A stretch of 64,000 nucleotides of DNA from Cetorhinus maximus (GCF_964194155.1 NC_135888.1:24614001-24678000); one strand, 5' to 3'. Shown: positions 37,568-50,542, counted from the first letter of the stretch. The notes: generated by a model not told the origin, from the letters alone. Program-made: numbers and translations.

Positions 37568-38954
37568 CAAAAGCAAAATACTGCAGTTGCTGGAAATATG
37601 AAATAAAAAACAGAAAATGCTGGAAAAACTCAGTAAGTCTGACAACTTCTATGGTGAGAGAAACAGCAGAGTCATATAGACTCAAAACATTAACTCTATA
37701 AGACATTAAAACGTAGTAGCAGAAGTAGGCTATTTGGCCTATCGAGTCTGCTCCGCCATGCAATAACGTCATGGCTGATCTGATAATCCTCAACTCCAAT
37801 TTCTTGCCTTTTCCCCATAACCCTTGATCCCCTTACTGATTAAAAATCTGTCTATCTCAGCCTTAAATATAGTTAGTGACCCAGCCTCTACAGCTCTCTG
37901 CGGTAAAGAATTCCACAGATTGATTTCCCTTTGAGACAAGAAATTCCCCTTCATCACTGTTTTAAATGGGCGCCCCCTTACTCTGAGATTATGCCCTCTG
38001 GTCCTAGACTCTCCCAGAAGAGGAACCAATCTCTCAGCATCTACCCTGTCAAGCCCCCTAAGAAAATCTTATAGGTTTCAATAAGGTTGCCTCTCATTCT
38101 TCTAAACTCCAATAAGCACAGGCCCAACCTACTCAACCTTTCCTCATAAGAAAATCCCTTCATACCCGAGATCAATCTAGTGAACCTTCTCTGGGCTGCC
38201 TCTAATGCCAGTATATCTTTCCTTAGGCAAGGGGACCAAAACTGTTCACACTATTCTAGGTGTGGTCTAACTAGTGCCTTGTATAATTTTAGCAAGACTT
38301 CCCCATTTTTATACTCCATTCCCTTTGAAATAGATATCAATATTCCATTTGCCTTCCCTATTACCTGTTGAACATGTATGTTAGCTTTTTGGGATTCATG
38401 CACAAGGACTCCCAAATCCCTCTGTGCTGCAGCTTTCTGCAGTCTTTCTCCATTTAAATAATATTCAGCTCCTCTATTCATCCTGCCAAAATGCATAACC
38501 TCACATTTTCCCACATTATATTCCATCTGCCAAGTTTTTGCCCACTCACTTAACCTGTCTGTATCCCTCTGTAAACTCTTTGTGTCATCCTCACCACTTG
38601 CCTTCCCACCTATTTTTGTGTCATGCGCAAACTTGGCGATAGTACATTCATTTCCTTCATCCAAGTCATTAATATATATTGTAAATAATTGAGGCCCCAG
38701 CACTGATCCCTGTGGCACTCCTGAAGGTTGCCACCCTGAAAATGCCCACCTTATCCCAACTCTCTGTCTTCTACTAGTTAACCAATCCTCTACCCATGCT
38801 AATATACTACCCCCAACAGCATGGGCTCTTATCTTATTAAGTGGCCTTATGTGCGGTACCTTATCAAACACCTTTTGGAAATCCTCTGTTTTTCTCTCCC
38901 CACAGATGCTGTGAGACTTGCTGCGTTTTTCCAGAATTTTCTGTTTTTATAACA
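37568..38954. mobile_element. Short fold-back PLE terminus interrupted by a CR1 (-, 37698-38883)
   Basis: PLE 3' ends in opposite orientation at 37568-37665 and 38884-38950; GGTTTATGC direct repeat at both flanks; CR1 RT ORF 38251-38871. Confidence 0.8.
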
Positions 38955-39294
38955 GGTTTATGCTGTTGTTCTGCTCCACGTGATCCTCCTCCCATCCCCT
39001 CTTCATCTTCACCCTATCAACATATCCTTCTATTCCTTTCTCATTCATGTGTTACAGCTGTATAAAACTCTGGTCAGTGTCCTTCTTAATTCAGTCCACG
39101 TTGCCTAGTGTTATCAAACCCATGAGGTGACACTGTTCCAATGTTAAAACAACAAATGTGCCTTTAAACCAGGTTGTCAATAGAAAATTAAATCAAGACA
39201 AATGAGGCTTGTCAAATTTACTCAGTTCTCAACTGGAATGAGAGAGTAATTTGAGTCAGGTCTGAGTGAGGACTGTCCCTTTAAGTTGAAATAT

Positions 39295-39375
39295 CGCGGT
39301 GGCCGGCTGACGTCAAGCGAGAGTTTGGGCCGCGATATAAGCGTTTCCCGGCAGCCCCCGCGTTCTCTGTCCGCC
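39295..39375 (+). promoter_or_regulatory. RPL7A: RPL7A promoter and short pyrimidine-rich leader
   Basis: Perfect CRE TGACGTCA at 39308-39315, TATA-like GATATAAG at 39334-39341, TTCTCT leader about 25 nt downstream. Confidence 0.75.
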
Positions 39376-39378
39376 ATG
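39376..39378 (+). CDS. RPL7A: 60S ribosomal protein L7a, exon 1 (ATG only)
   Basis: CCGCCATG|GTAAGT; exons of 3+121+150+141+80+131+70+105 = 801 nt give 266 aa. Confidence 0.9.
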
Positions 39379-39585
39379 GTAAGTCCTGGCTTGTTATGTG
39401 CAGCCGATCGCAATCCGCCGCCATCCGCCAGCAAGTTCGCGCTGCCGCTCCAATACCGCCCCGACACCCATCCGACCCCGTCCCACAACACGCACAGGCC
39501 GCAACGGGGGCGCGATGGTGTCCGGAGGCCGGGCTTTGAGGGGATGCCGAACTCGGCGCCCAAAGCCGTCTTTCCGCCGCGGATA

Positions 39586-39703
39586 TCCCGACACCCCGTC
39601 AATGGGAGGCCCGACACCCCGGCAGTGGGAGGCCCGACACCCCGGCAATGGGAGGCCCGACACCCCGTCAATGGGAGGCCCGACACCCCGTCAATGGGAG
39701 GCC
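39586..39703. repeat. 23-bp GC-rich tandem repeat (about 5 copies) in RPL7A intron 1
   Basis: (GGGAGGCCCGACACCCCGKCART)n. Confidence 0.9.
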
Positions 39704-40409
39704 GGCGCCGGGGGAGGGGCCTGGGATCCCCTCGGCCTCGCCAGGCCTTTGGCTTCTCGGCCTGTCTCCGAGCTGGGCGCCGGGGATCAGAGCATAAGGG
39801 CCAGCGACAACCTGCGTTTATATAGCGCCTGTAGCTGTAATTTACTTGAGGTGGGGCGGGGGGTGGGGGGGGGGATCTCGGTGAGCCTGGGACGCTGGGG
39901 TGGCAGATTTTTGGGTGAGTTGGAGTTTATTGACGGTGGGAGAGCGGCCAGTAGAGGGCTGGAATGAATCTGGAGGTAAGTGTTTCAGTGATCGTGTGGG
40001 GCTCCAGCACAGGGCCGAGTGGCCCATTTCTGTGTTAATTCTATAGTGAAAATTGGGCTGAGTGGTGGATGCTAAGGACAGATATCCAGTCACTGTGTGG
40101 ATAGTAAATGGTGTAGAGGGCTCTGTTTCAGAGAAGCGCATGGTAATTCTCCCTGGTGACCTGATCTGTGTTTAAACATTGTTTTATTGATGTTGGTTAG
40201 TCAGCTGGTCGTTGTTAGTGTGATCTTGCTGTGCAGAAATGGACTACAATGTCCTGTCCGTGTGTCTGATAGAAATACAGTCCCTTTCAGCCATGCTGGC
40301 TGTTCGAGCAAAAGCTGGAAAAACTCAGCATGTCTTACAGCATCTGTTAGAGAGAGAAACAGTTAATGTTTTGAGGCTGTGTGACTTCTCTTCAGAGCGA
40401 TTTCCATCA

Positions 40410-40752
40410 TCTGCAGTAGTGGTCTGGTGACACTGGTTCAAATCCCACCACGGCATTTACAACTCAATTATTAAATCTGTAGTCTAAAGCTAGCCTGAGT
40501 AATGGTGATCATGAAACTATCAAAGTTTGTTTTAAAAACTCACCTGGTTCACTTAACATCCTTTAGGGAAGGAAATCTTGCCTTCCTTACCCGCTCTGGC
40601 CTACATGTGACTCCAGACCCACAGCAATGTGGTTGACTTAGCTGCCTGCTGAAATGTCCTAGCAAGCCAATAGCTAGGGCTATTAGGGATGAGCAACAAA
40701 TGCTGGCCTGGCCAGTGACACCCACATCCCATGTAGGAATGTAAAAATAAAT
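40410..40752 (+). mobile_element. HE1-like tRNA-derived SINE in RPL7A intron 1
   Basis: B box GGTTCAAATCC, conserved body, tail matching the HER1-like LINE 3' end. Confidence 0.82.
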
Positions 40753-40864
40753 CAATAGTTGCTGTTCTGCTTGGGGGAGGGGTGGGGGTTGTGTGTTTGA
40801 GTGGGTTGGGTGATGGTGAGCTTTGCTGTGCCCTCATTAATTTGTGGTTTCTGCCTTGTTTCAG

Positions 40865-40985
40865 CCGAAGGGGAAGAAAGCCAAGGGGAAGAAGGTGGCC
40901 CCGGCTCCTTCTGTCGTAAGGAAGCATGAGGTGAAAAAGGTCGTGAACCCTCTGTTTGAGAAGAGACCCAAAAACTTTGGGATTG
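40865..40985 (+). CDS. RPL7A: 60S ribosomal protein L7a, exon 2
   Basis: [15 protein letters not shown]...KRPKNFGI; AG/GT boundaries. Confidence 0.98.
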
Positions 40986-41388
40986 GTGAGTTCAGGAATC
41001 TGAAAACTGCAATGAGCATGATTCAACTGTGAATCAGCAACTGCATTGGTGAAGAAAGCTTTCCTCAAAATTGATGCTACTGTTTAAAAAATAATAGCTT
41101 TGGGTTTATCCTATCAAGTGGCCCTTCCTCCATATTGAGGCTTGATTGTTTGAGTTTGATGATCATTCTGGTAGTGTAATATTAACACACTTGATGGGGA
41201 TCCAGTTTTTTCAGGTTCATATTGTCTTAAGTCCTTGTAAGGGAGAAGTTGTGGGAAACTAGCAGTAATGAGGTTGCAGGTGTTGGAGATCTGAAACAGG
41301 AAGTGCTGGAAAGCCCAGCAGTTCAGTCAATGGAGAGCGGGGAGTTAACTGAGGCACAGCGGCAAATCTTACAGATTAGTGGTGTTAA

Positions 41389-41646
<258 letters not shown>

Positions 41647-41854
41647 TGAAGGAAACTTTGAACAGGGTGGGGTGGGTAGTATTAAGGTAGCACCACCCAG
41701 GGTGGATTCTCCCACTTCCTCGGATCCAGAGATTCCAAGTTTAATGACCTCCGTTATTATTCCTGGGGTGTTGGAGATTGTACAGGGTTGGGCTGGGGTT
41801 CTCAAGTTTGTGGGCTATGGCAAGGGAAGGTTGGATGGTTGGGATTCTGGAGCC

Positions 41855-41927
41855 TGCAGATGATGTAAACAGAATATTTGCTATCTGAGCTTAACGGATG
41901 ACATTACCCACCAAGATCGCTGATGCA
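41855..41927 (+). ncRNA. SNORD24: Box C/D snoRNA U24 in RPL7A intron 3
   Basis: TGCA terminal stem, C box ATGATG, guides AGAATATTTGCTA-TCTGA and CCACCAAGATCG-CTGA as in recalled human U24; about 80 nt upstream of the acceptor. Confidence 0.95.
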
Positions 41928-42007
41928 CTCCAAATCCCCACTCCTTGTGCTCTGAGACAACACCCTTTGTATTGCAGTCCCAATAACACTGCCTGCTCTC
42001 TTCACAG

Positions 42008-42148
42008 CCACCCAGCTCTTCAAACTGGCCCACAAATATAGGCCTGAGACTAAACCGGAGAAGAAGCAGAGACTACTCGTCCGGGCCCAGCACAAGGCAG
42101 CTGGGAAGGCTGATGCTCCAACAAAGAGACCGGCAGTTCTGCGAACAG
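42008..42148 (+). CDS. RPL7A: 60S ribosomal protein L7a, exon 4
   Basis: [15 protein letters not shown]...KRPAVLRT; 141 nt in phase. Confidence 0.97.
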
Positions 42149-42289
42149 GTGTGTAAGTTAACACTGCTGCCTTGGGGTGGAGGGGTGGTGTGGGAGCCTT
42201 CTGTTTCTGAAATTCAGTCGGCTTGTGTTTAACCCTTGATGTAAAGGAACTGAATGAATCTGCCTTTGCCTATTGATTCCCTGCGCTGA

Positions 42290-42520
<231 letters not shown>

Positions 42521-42757
42521 TAGCCTCCTGGCTGCTGGCACTCAGTGACCCAGAGCCTAATAACTGGCAGAGCTCATGCCTCCTCTATCAGAGACACCCT
42601 GTACTCTGTTTCATTGATGTTTCTGGGGAGTGAAACTGATCCCACAGCTGGCTGTCCTGGAGTTGATTACTGCCCAGCTCCTGATCTGTCCCCCAGCACA
42701 GGAAGATCCCACTTCTCACCCTACCCCACCTTTTGAATGGTGCTGGTCTGGGTGATG

Positions 42758-42833
42758 TTGCGATGATGACTGAATTTCTTCACCTGAAGCTCAACATGTA
42801 GAGCAAATAAATGAGCTTTTTAACCCTGAGCAA
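42758..42833 (+). ncRNA. SNORD36: Box C/D snoRNA U36 in RPL7A intron 5
   Basis: C box ATGATGA, guides GAATTTCTTCAC-CTGA and GAGCTTTTTAACC-CTGA, GATGTTGC/GCAACATC stem. Confidence 0.93.
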
Positions 42834-42949
42834 CATCCATGACCGCATCTTATACCTGGATCAGGACTCTTTGGTGGTGGTGTGTACCTGTTAAATCCCA
42901 ATTCCCTCCCAAGGTGTCTCCTCCTCACAGCTTTGCATGTTTGAATGTA

Positions 42950-44190
42950 GCTCCTGCTACTGGTTGATTTGACATTGAATTCCCTCGATATCTGCCATAA
43001 TCTTTTTTAATCCTAACTTTTGTCCCATGACATCCAGGGTTCTCTGGTCTTGGTTCCCCCCCACCCCTTGTCTTTACAGGAACATATTTGCCCTGTGTAC
43101 ACGCTATTATTTCCTTGAATGTTTCCCACTGCTCTGACACAGTTTCATCTGCAAGTAGCTGTTCCTAGTCCACTTGGGCCAAATGGTATCTCATCTCAGT
43201 AAACTTAGCCTTTCCCCAGTTTAGAACTTGTATTCCTGACCCAACCTTATCCTTTTCCATAACTATCCTAAATCTAACTGAGTTATGGTCATTATCTCCA
43301 AAATGCTCCCCTGCTGATACACCTTCCACCTGCCTGGGCTCATTTCTGAATATTAGGTCCAGAACTGCCCCCTCCCTTGCTGGGCTTTCTACCTACTGCC
43401 TAAAAAAGTTCTCCTAGATGCCACGTAAGAATTTTGTTCCCTCCCTGCCTTGCACACTAAACTACCCAAATATTAACTGGGATAGTTTAAAATCCTCTAT
43501 ATTACTGCCCTTATGATGGTTACACTTCTCTGAAATTTGATTACATATTTGATCCTCTATCTCTCCCTGATTGTTTGGGGGCCTATAGTACACACCCAAT
43601 AGTGTTTTTGCCCCCTTATGCCTACCCATATGACCTCATTTGATGATCCTTCCAGAATATCATCCCTCCTCACTGCTATAATTGGTTCCTTGATCAATAT
43701 TGCAACCCCCCCACCCAATCCTCTTCTATCCCCCTCTCTATCTTGTCCGAATACCCTATAACCAGGAATGTTGAGCTGCCCTTTTACCTAAGTCTCGGTC
43801 ATATCTATGATATCGTGTTCCCACGTGCCTATCTGTGCCCTCAGCTATCTGCCTTATTCCTCAGGCTCCTTGCGTTAAATTATATTCCATTTAGCCTTGC
43901 TAAGTTCACTTCTTTCTTATCCAGCCTGTTTCCCCTGCCTTCCAGACTCTCTTACTAGTGTTTTAACTTCTAATTCCATCTCAGCTTCTCTCTCGTCTGA
44001 AATACTTTTCAGGAACCCACCCCCCTGCCAATTTAGTTTAAATCCACCCCGACAGCATTAGTAAACCTCCCTGTAAGGATGTTGGTCCCGTTCCTTGTTC
44101 AGATGTAACCCATCCAACTTGTACAGGCCCTGCCTCCCCCAGAAACGGTCCCAATGCCCCAGGAATCTTAAGCCCTCCCTCCTTCACCTC
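42950..44190 (-). mobile_element. CR1 endonuclease-region fragment in RPL7A intron 5
   Basis: Minus-strand YYRPP, DFK and NDHN-like endonuclease motifs; WETFKEII peptide. Confidence 0.8.
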
Positions 44191-44375
44191 TCTACCTCTT
44201 ATTCCTCTTCCAAGATGAGCATTAACCTCTACCTCTGACTGTTTGGTCATCTATACTAATCATTTGAGGCCTATCTGATAATTGCTGCCGTGAAGCACTG
44301 TGGGATCTTTCACTCGGTTGATGCTACATAAATCTAAGTTTTTGTTGTTGATCTATTTGTCATGTTGCCCCTCAG

Positions 44376-44506
44376 CTGGTTGTGTTCCTGCCTGCTCTCT
44401 GCCGTAAGATGGGAGTTCCTTATTGCATCGTCAAAGGCAAAGCCAGGCTCGGGCGACTGGTGCACAGAAAGACTGCCACCTGCCTTGCCCTGGCTCAGAT
44501 CAACCC
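44376..44506 (+). CDS. RPL7A: 60S ribosomal protein L7a, exon 6
   Basis: [43 protein letters not shown]. Confidence 0.98.
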
Positions 44507-44875
44507 GTGAGTACCCTGTTTGTAATCTCAACACTCACCTGAGGTGGGAGGGGTGTACGGTCTCAAACAGGTGATGTGTCTTTGTTGGAAATATTTGTTG
44601 CTGTTTCATCAGCTGCTTAAACCACTTCCTACACCTTGTGCTGAGGAATATCACAGCAACACATCACTGGGATCCCAGCCCCTCATTCCTGATGTCCAAA
44701 CACTGAGTAAATGGGAAAGGGAAGTTGCAGTCTGACCCTCTAGCACACCTAGCAACAATTTCATCCTCTCTGCTCAGTGTCCAGGCATATGGGGGCAGGG
44801 GGGTGGGGTTAACCCTAACCCCACTCATTAACAGGGTGGCATTGCTGATGTAGCTATTGTCAGGTTGAACTGGAT

Positions 44876-44947
44876 CTGCAATGATGTCCAATGAATTTCT
44901 TCACCTGAATGACCGTGTGGCATTTTGAGCTTTTTAACCCTGAGCAG
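44876..44947 (+). ncRNA. SNORD36: Box C/D snoRNA U36 in RPL7A intron 6
   Basis: C box ATGATG, the same two guides as the intron 5 copy, CTGC/GCAG stem extended by CAGGT(T)GAACTG/CAGTTCACCTG. Confidence 0.93.
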
Positions 44948-45022
44948 TCAGTTCACCTGGACGCTGGTCCCCAATCTGTGTGCCTGTAAGTACAGTGTGT
45001 AATAACTGTTTCCTTTTCACAG

Positions 45023-45092
45023 TGAGGATAAGGGTGCGATGGCCAAATTGATTGAGGCTGTGCGGACAAACTACAACGAGCGGTTTGATGAG
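45023..45092 (+). CDS. RPL7A: 60S ribosomal protein L7a, exon 7
   Basis: [23 protein letters not shown]. Confidence 0.97.
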
Positions 45093-45592
45093 GTACGGGC
45101 CCGTTACCTTGTAGCAGCTTTGTGTTGAGCGGTGGGCGAGGCTCTTGTAGGGTTTGAGGTGCTTTGCAGCAACCCATCAATGCAAGGTTAATCTGAAAAC
45201 AACCCTTAAGATGGGGATTGTTGAAAGACAACTGCATGGTGTCCAAAGTTGTGTGTGGGATAAGGGGCTAATTAAATGGCAACACACGGGTTCCCAAATG
45301 CAAGCAGAGTGTGTATACTGGCCTGAGGGGTGGAGGGGGTGTTTATGTGTTTCACATGGGTTCCTGCTCCCCTCCCCCCATGCAAAACCTGCATGGTGGA
45401 CTCTAAGCCACTGCAGACAAATCAGCTCCAGCACAGGAGGGAGGGGGTGCCATTTAGCCCATCATGTCTATGCTAGCTCTTTAAAAAGAGCATTGCAGAT
45501 CCAATGATAGACAGTGGGTGAAACCAGTAAGATTTCAATGGCTTTAATGCACTTGGTGCGATGTGGGAGCTGTCAGCACAGTTTGCCTTTAG

Positions 45593-45787
<195 letters not shown>

Positions 45788-46176
45788 CCTCCTGTCCACA
45801 TGGCCTGTTGTATATAAAAAAAGTAAAACCAATTGTATTTAAAAAAAAATCTGCCTCATTATTGATCCGAGAAATTGTGCTGAAACAGCTCTGCTTAATC
45901 CATAATGCAAAATCCAGGTGAGCCTCCATTACCCAGTGTTGAGAATGTGGAACTCGCCAGCACAGTTGTTGAGATTACTATAGATAAATTTAAGTGATTA
46001 GAAGGATATGTTTATATAGGGTGTGATCAAGAAGAGTGGGAGGAGGCTTGTTTGGAACATAAACAGATCAGTTTTATTTGTTAGAATTTACAGCATCATA
46101 TTTCCCACAGAGGGGAGACAGAAAAAGATTCATAACAGGGAAGTTAATTTCCATGGAGAAGCTGCTGAACAGGTCA

Positions 46177-46243
46177 CTAGACAGCGATTTTCCGTACAAA
46201 CTTCTGGAACCACATGTAGGACGTTGCTGCGCACAATCCATAC
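46177..46243 (-). CDS. SURF1: SURF1 cytochrome c oxidase assembly factor, exon 9
   Basis: YGLCAATSYMWFQKFVRKIAV*; AATAAA at 46078-46073. Confidence 0.95.
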
Positions 46244-46640
46244 CTTCCAAATAAAAAATACAACATTTATACAGTAATAGTGAAGCTGCTAATCAAACCT
46301 CATACTTGATCAGACAGGAGACAACTATCAAGAAAGATTGAACAGGCTTGGGCCTCTTTATTGGGTGAAAGTAGCAGAGAGGTGACCAGAAGGTCTTTCA
46401 ATTTATAAAAGGGTTTGCATTTAGGTGCAACCAGAACTAGGCTGGAAATGAGCTAGTCACTACTGAATAGGGAGTTTAGGAAGTGGTGAGAATGTAGAAC
46501 TAGTTACCACAGGGAACAGTGAAGATGAAAAGGGCGAGGGGGATGGGAGACGGCTTATTTGTGCTGTAAATTGTGTAACGTTTAGACACGTTGAGGCTAT
46601 AAGCAAGACTTGGCTGTACAGTACCTGCCCTATAATCTTA

Positions 46641-46811
<171 letters not shown>

Positions 46812-47917
46812 CTAGCCTGATACAGGCAGTGTGTTTCCCATCTCAATAAGTTAGGTGGCACAGTTTGATAGGATGGAGAGAGGCCACACATTCCTTGGAA
46901 AATCTAAATGAGGCAGAGGGATAGAATTGAAAAAGTTTAACTTGTAAAACCCCTTCCATATTATAAAAAGGATAAAACTGGAAAAGGTGCAAAGATTTTC
47001 AAGAGCGATAGCATGAAATGAGGTTATAAACGATAGGGAAAGATTGAAGAGACTACCGCGAGAGAGAACCTGACAGAGGATTAAAGAAAATGTTTCTATA
47101 CTTGTGTGTGAAATCACAACTAGGAGCAATCAATAAAAGTCACTAATAAATCCAATCGGGAATTCAGGAGAAACTTCTTTAATCAGGGTGTGGTGAGAAA
47201 TGTGGAACTTCAATACAGTGACTAGTAGAAATGAACAGCATCTATGTGTTTCTGGGGAAGCTGGAGAGAGAACGGAATTATGCACGTACAAGTGTAATCA
47301 TGGTCAGGAAATTCAACCTAAGCAGCAGCACAGCTGAGCTCCCTGCCCTCACCTGAAGGGCAGTCAAATGTTATGAGCAGGTACCCTGAGCTGTTTTCTA
47401 TCCACTCAGCCAACTGCACCACCTGTCAACAGGGTTGAGGATAACTCCAACCCTGGTCAGTATGGTTCAATACGACGTCAGGTCAGTACTCCTTCAGTAC
47501 TGACTAAGCCATAGAGGTGAGGGCACATAGCAGATCCCATTCACATTGGGAAGAACTGGCTGGTGGCTTTGTGGAGGAGTTGAGGAACGACCTACAAAAG
47601 GGCTGCTGAAAGGAAACATTTAATTAAAGTCCTATTTCTAATAACCTGTTGCACCTTTCGCAATCGCAGGACATCCCAATATCCTTTATAACCAGTAATG
47701 TACTTTTTGAAGTGTAGTCAGTGTTGTAATACCAGAACTGTAGCAGCCAATTTGCACACAGCTAGATCCCAGAAACAGCACTTGGATAATGACCAGATCA
47801 GCTGTTTCAGTGATGTTGGTTGAGGGATAAAAATTAGCTAAGACACTGCTTTTCCTCAATAGTGGCTGAGATCTTTTATATCCACCTAAGAGTAAGAGAT
47901 CCCACCCAAAAGACTGC

Positions 47918-48027
47918 TTCCTCAGTACTGACCCTCCGACACTGCAGCGCTGCCTCAGTACTGACCCTCTGACAGTGCAGCACTGCCTCAGTACTGACCC
48001 TCCGACAGTGCAGCACTGCCTCAGTAC
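47918..48027 (-). repeat. Three-unit version of the 33-bp minisatellite inside a SINE
   Basis: CTCAGTACTGACCCTCCGACAGTGCAGCACTGC x3 between SINE body and tRNA head. Confidence 0.85.
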
Positions 48028-48147
48028 GGCACTCGAAACGTTAGCCTGGATTGTGGGCTCAAGTCACCGAAGTGGAAGTTGAACCCACAACCTCCAGATT
48101 TGAAGGAGGTGAGTGCTACTCATTGAGCAGTTTTCACCAAGCCTTAC

Positions 48148-48310
48148 CTAAGTCTGCATCGATGAGGATCGGTTCGGTGCCCACAACTTGTGCCATTGTC
48201 TCCAAATCCCGGTAATGCCAGCAGTTCTTCTTAACGTCATTCTGAGGGATGAACGGTTTGCGAGTTTCCGAGAGTCGAACAACCCCAACGAGCTCAACTT
48301 CTCCTGTAAT
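48148..48310 (-). CDS. SURF1: SURF1 exon 7
   Basis: [24 protein letters not shown]...[10 protein letters not shown]...EPILIDADL; 163 nt. Confidence 0.97.
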
Positions 48311-48704
48311 CTACGGGGAGGAGACAACGAACAACACTGCTTCCTAAAGCTTTATTGTTCCCATCGCCAACACAAAACTGCAAACAATTCCCCACTCATA
48401 CTGAGTATACAGACTGTCCTATTCAACCCCTTCGTCACCCCTACCTACCCCATCCATACCTGCCTCCCCCCACCTGTTTGCACCTGTCTAGAATTTTGGC
48501 CTAAGCATTTTGATCTAGAGGCCAATACACAGGCAATTTGTATTGGTCGACACAGGTAACAAAAGGCGCAAAGTTTCCACCACCACAAACTGTCACATCA
48601 CAGATAAGAGGCCATTCAGCTTATAAATCCCACAGTCCATGTACACTATCCCCTGTCATGGAGTTTACCCACCCTCACCTGCCTGTTTCCTAGGATCCTC
48701 TCAC

Positions 48705-48777
48705 CTGTCCTTTGCTCCGTGTTTCTGGCTTGATCCTCGTTCTGGGTACAAAGCCCCTGTTAACAAGAATCCTCACC
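48705..48777 (-). CDS. SURF1: SURF1 exon 6
   Basis: VRILVNRGFVPRTRIKPETRSKGQ; 73 nt. Confidence 0.97.
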
Positions 48778-49063
48778 CTGAAATACATAAATTCATGGGC
48801 AGTTAATCCAGAGGTACAACATCCGAGGAGAGTGGTGGTTTTTTTTACAAGCTCCTCTACAATGGAGCTGATGGCTGGAGCCATGGGCTAGACACAGATT
48901 AATGGGCTGAGCGATCTGTCTGTAAACTTGCAGTTTGCTCTCAGTGCTGTTCTCCCAAGCCAACATCAAAACCAACATATATTTGGACTAATATGAAATA
49001 CTACTCTGAAAGACCTGCTGCGGCTAACAGAAAATAACACACTGATACATTAAGAGGGGCATA

Positions 49064-50060
49064 ACCTGTGCTGTTCCTGGGAGTGTTTGATGAGGACAGC
49101 GTAGAGGGAGCTTTACTCTGTATCTAACCCCGTGCTGTACCTGCCCTGGGAGTGTTTGATGGGGACAGTGTAGAGGGAGCTTTACTCTGTATCTAACCCT
49201 GTGCTGTACCTGTCCTGGGAGTGTTTGATGGGGACAGTGTAGAGGGAGCTTTACTCTGTATCTAACCCCGTGCTGTACCTGTCCTGTGAGTGTTTGATGG
49301 GGACAGTGTAGAGGGAGCTTTACTCTGTATCTAACCCCGTGCTGTACCTGTCCTGGGAGTGTTTGATGGGGACAGTGTAGAGGAAGCTTTACTCTGTATC
49401 TAACCCCGTGCTGTACCTGTCCTGTGAGTGTTTGATGGGGACAGTGTAGAGGGAGCTTTACTCTGTATCTAACCCCGTACTGTACCTGCCCTGGGAGTAT
49501 TTGATGGGGACAGTGTAGAGGGAGCTTTACTCTGTATCTAACCCCGTGCTGTACCTGTCCTGGGAGTGTTTGATGGGGACAGTGTAAAGGGAGCTTTACT
49601 CTGTATCTAACCCCGTACTGTACCTGCCCTGGGAGTGTTTGATGGGGACAGTGTAGAGGGAGCTTTACTCTGTATCTAACCCCGTACTGTACCTGCCCTG
49701 GGAGTATTTGATGGGGACAGTGTAGAGGGAGCTTTACTCTGTATCTAACCCCGTGCTGTACCTGTCCTGGGAGCGTTTGATGGGGACAGTGTAGAGAGAG
49801 CTTTACTCTGTATCTAACCCCGTGCTGTACGTGCCCTGGGAGTATTTGATGGGGACAGTGTAGAGGGAGCTTTACTCTGTATCTAACCCCGTGCTGTACC
49901 TGTCCTGGGAGTTTTTGATGGGGACAGTGTAGAGGGAGCTTTACTCTGTATCTAACCCCGTGCTGTACCTGTCCTGGGAGTTTTTGATGGGGACAGTGTA
50001 GAGGGAGCTTTACTCTATATCTAACCCCATGCTGTACCTGTCCTGGGAGTGTTTGATGGG
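49064..50060. repeat. 69-bp minisatellite, about 14 copies, in SURF1 intron 5
   Basis: (GGGAGTGTTTGATGGGGACAGTGTAGAGGGAGCTTTACTCTGTATCTAACCCCGTGCTGTACCTGTCCT)n. Confidence 0.96.
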
Positions 50061-50542
50061 ATATAGTATGTCAGACAGTGGGAGTAAACCACAGTTTGAG
50101 ATTGGCTGTACAGGCTAAATTAAAGACCCTAATAATGGGTTGAATGGACCCTGTGATGCCTCCTGTAACTCTTAACACCTCATGGTCCCGATCCAGACAG
50201 GTTAAATTACCGGACAAACACAGACAGAATGCTGATAAGTTTCCCCAAAACTGCCACTTTGAGGATAGAAACCATCGTATCAGCAGCTTTTTTGTGTCGT
50301 TAAAAATAGGCTTTAATATAAAATAGCTTAGTGCGAGGTGTTGATAGGTGTTGGAAGATGCAAAAGGAGTTAGCTGTGAGAATGTGTGGTCAGTAACTGC
50401 ACCACTGCCCTCTCAATTTCCATACTCTCAATATCTTAACCAAATGGTGTAAGAAGCATGAATGGCCTCCTCCTGTTCCTGTGTAACAGGCTCAAGGGGC
50501 TGAATGGCCTCCTGTTCTTGTGTATGGCAATCTGTTACGTAC

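Noticed and set aside
39222-39967. Overlapping 150-190 aa ORFs
   Set aside because: CpG island plus 23-bp repeat around RPL7A exon 1; scarcity of stops is compositional.
49064-50060. Regular array resembling CRISPR
   Set aside because: Head-to-tail 69-bp units with no unique spacers, no cas genes, eukaryotic intron.
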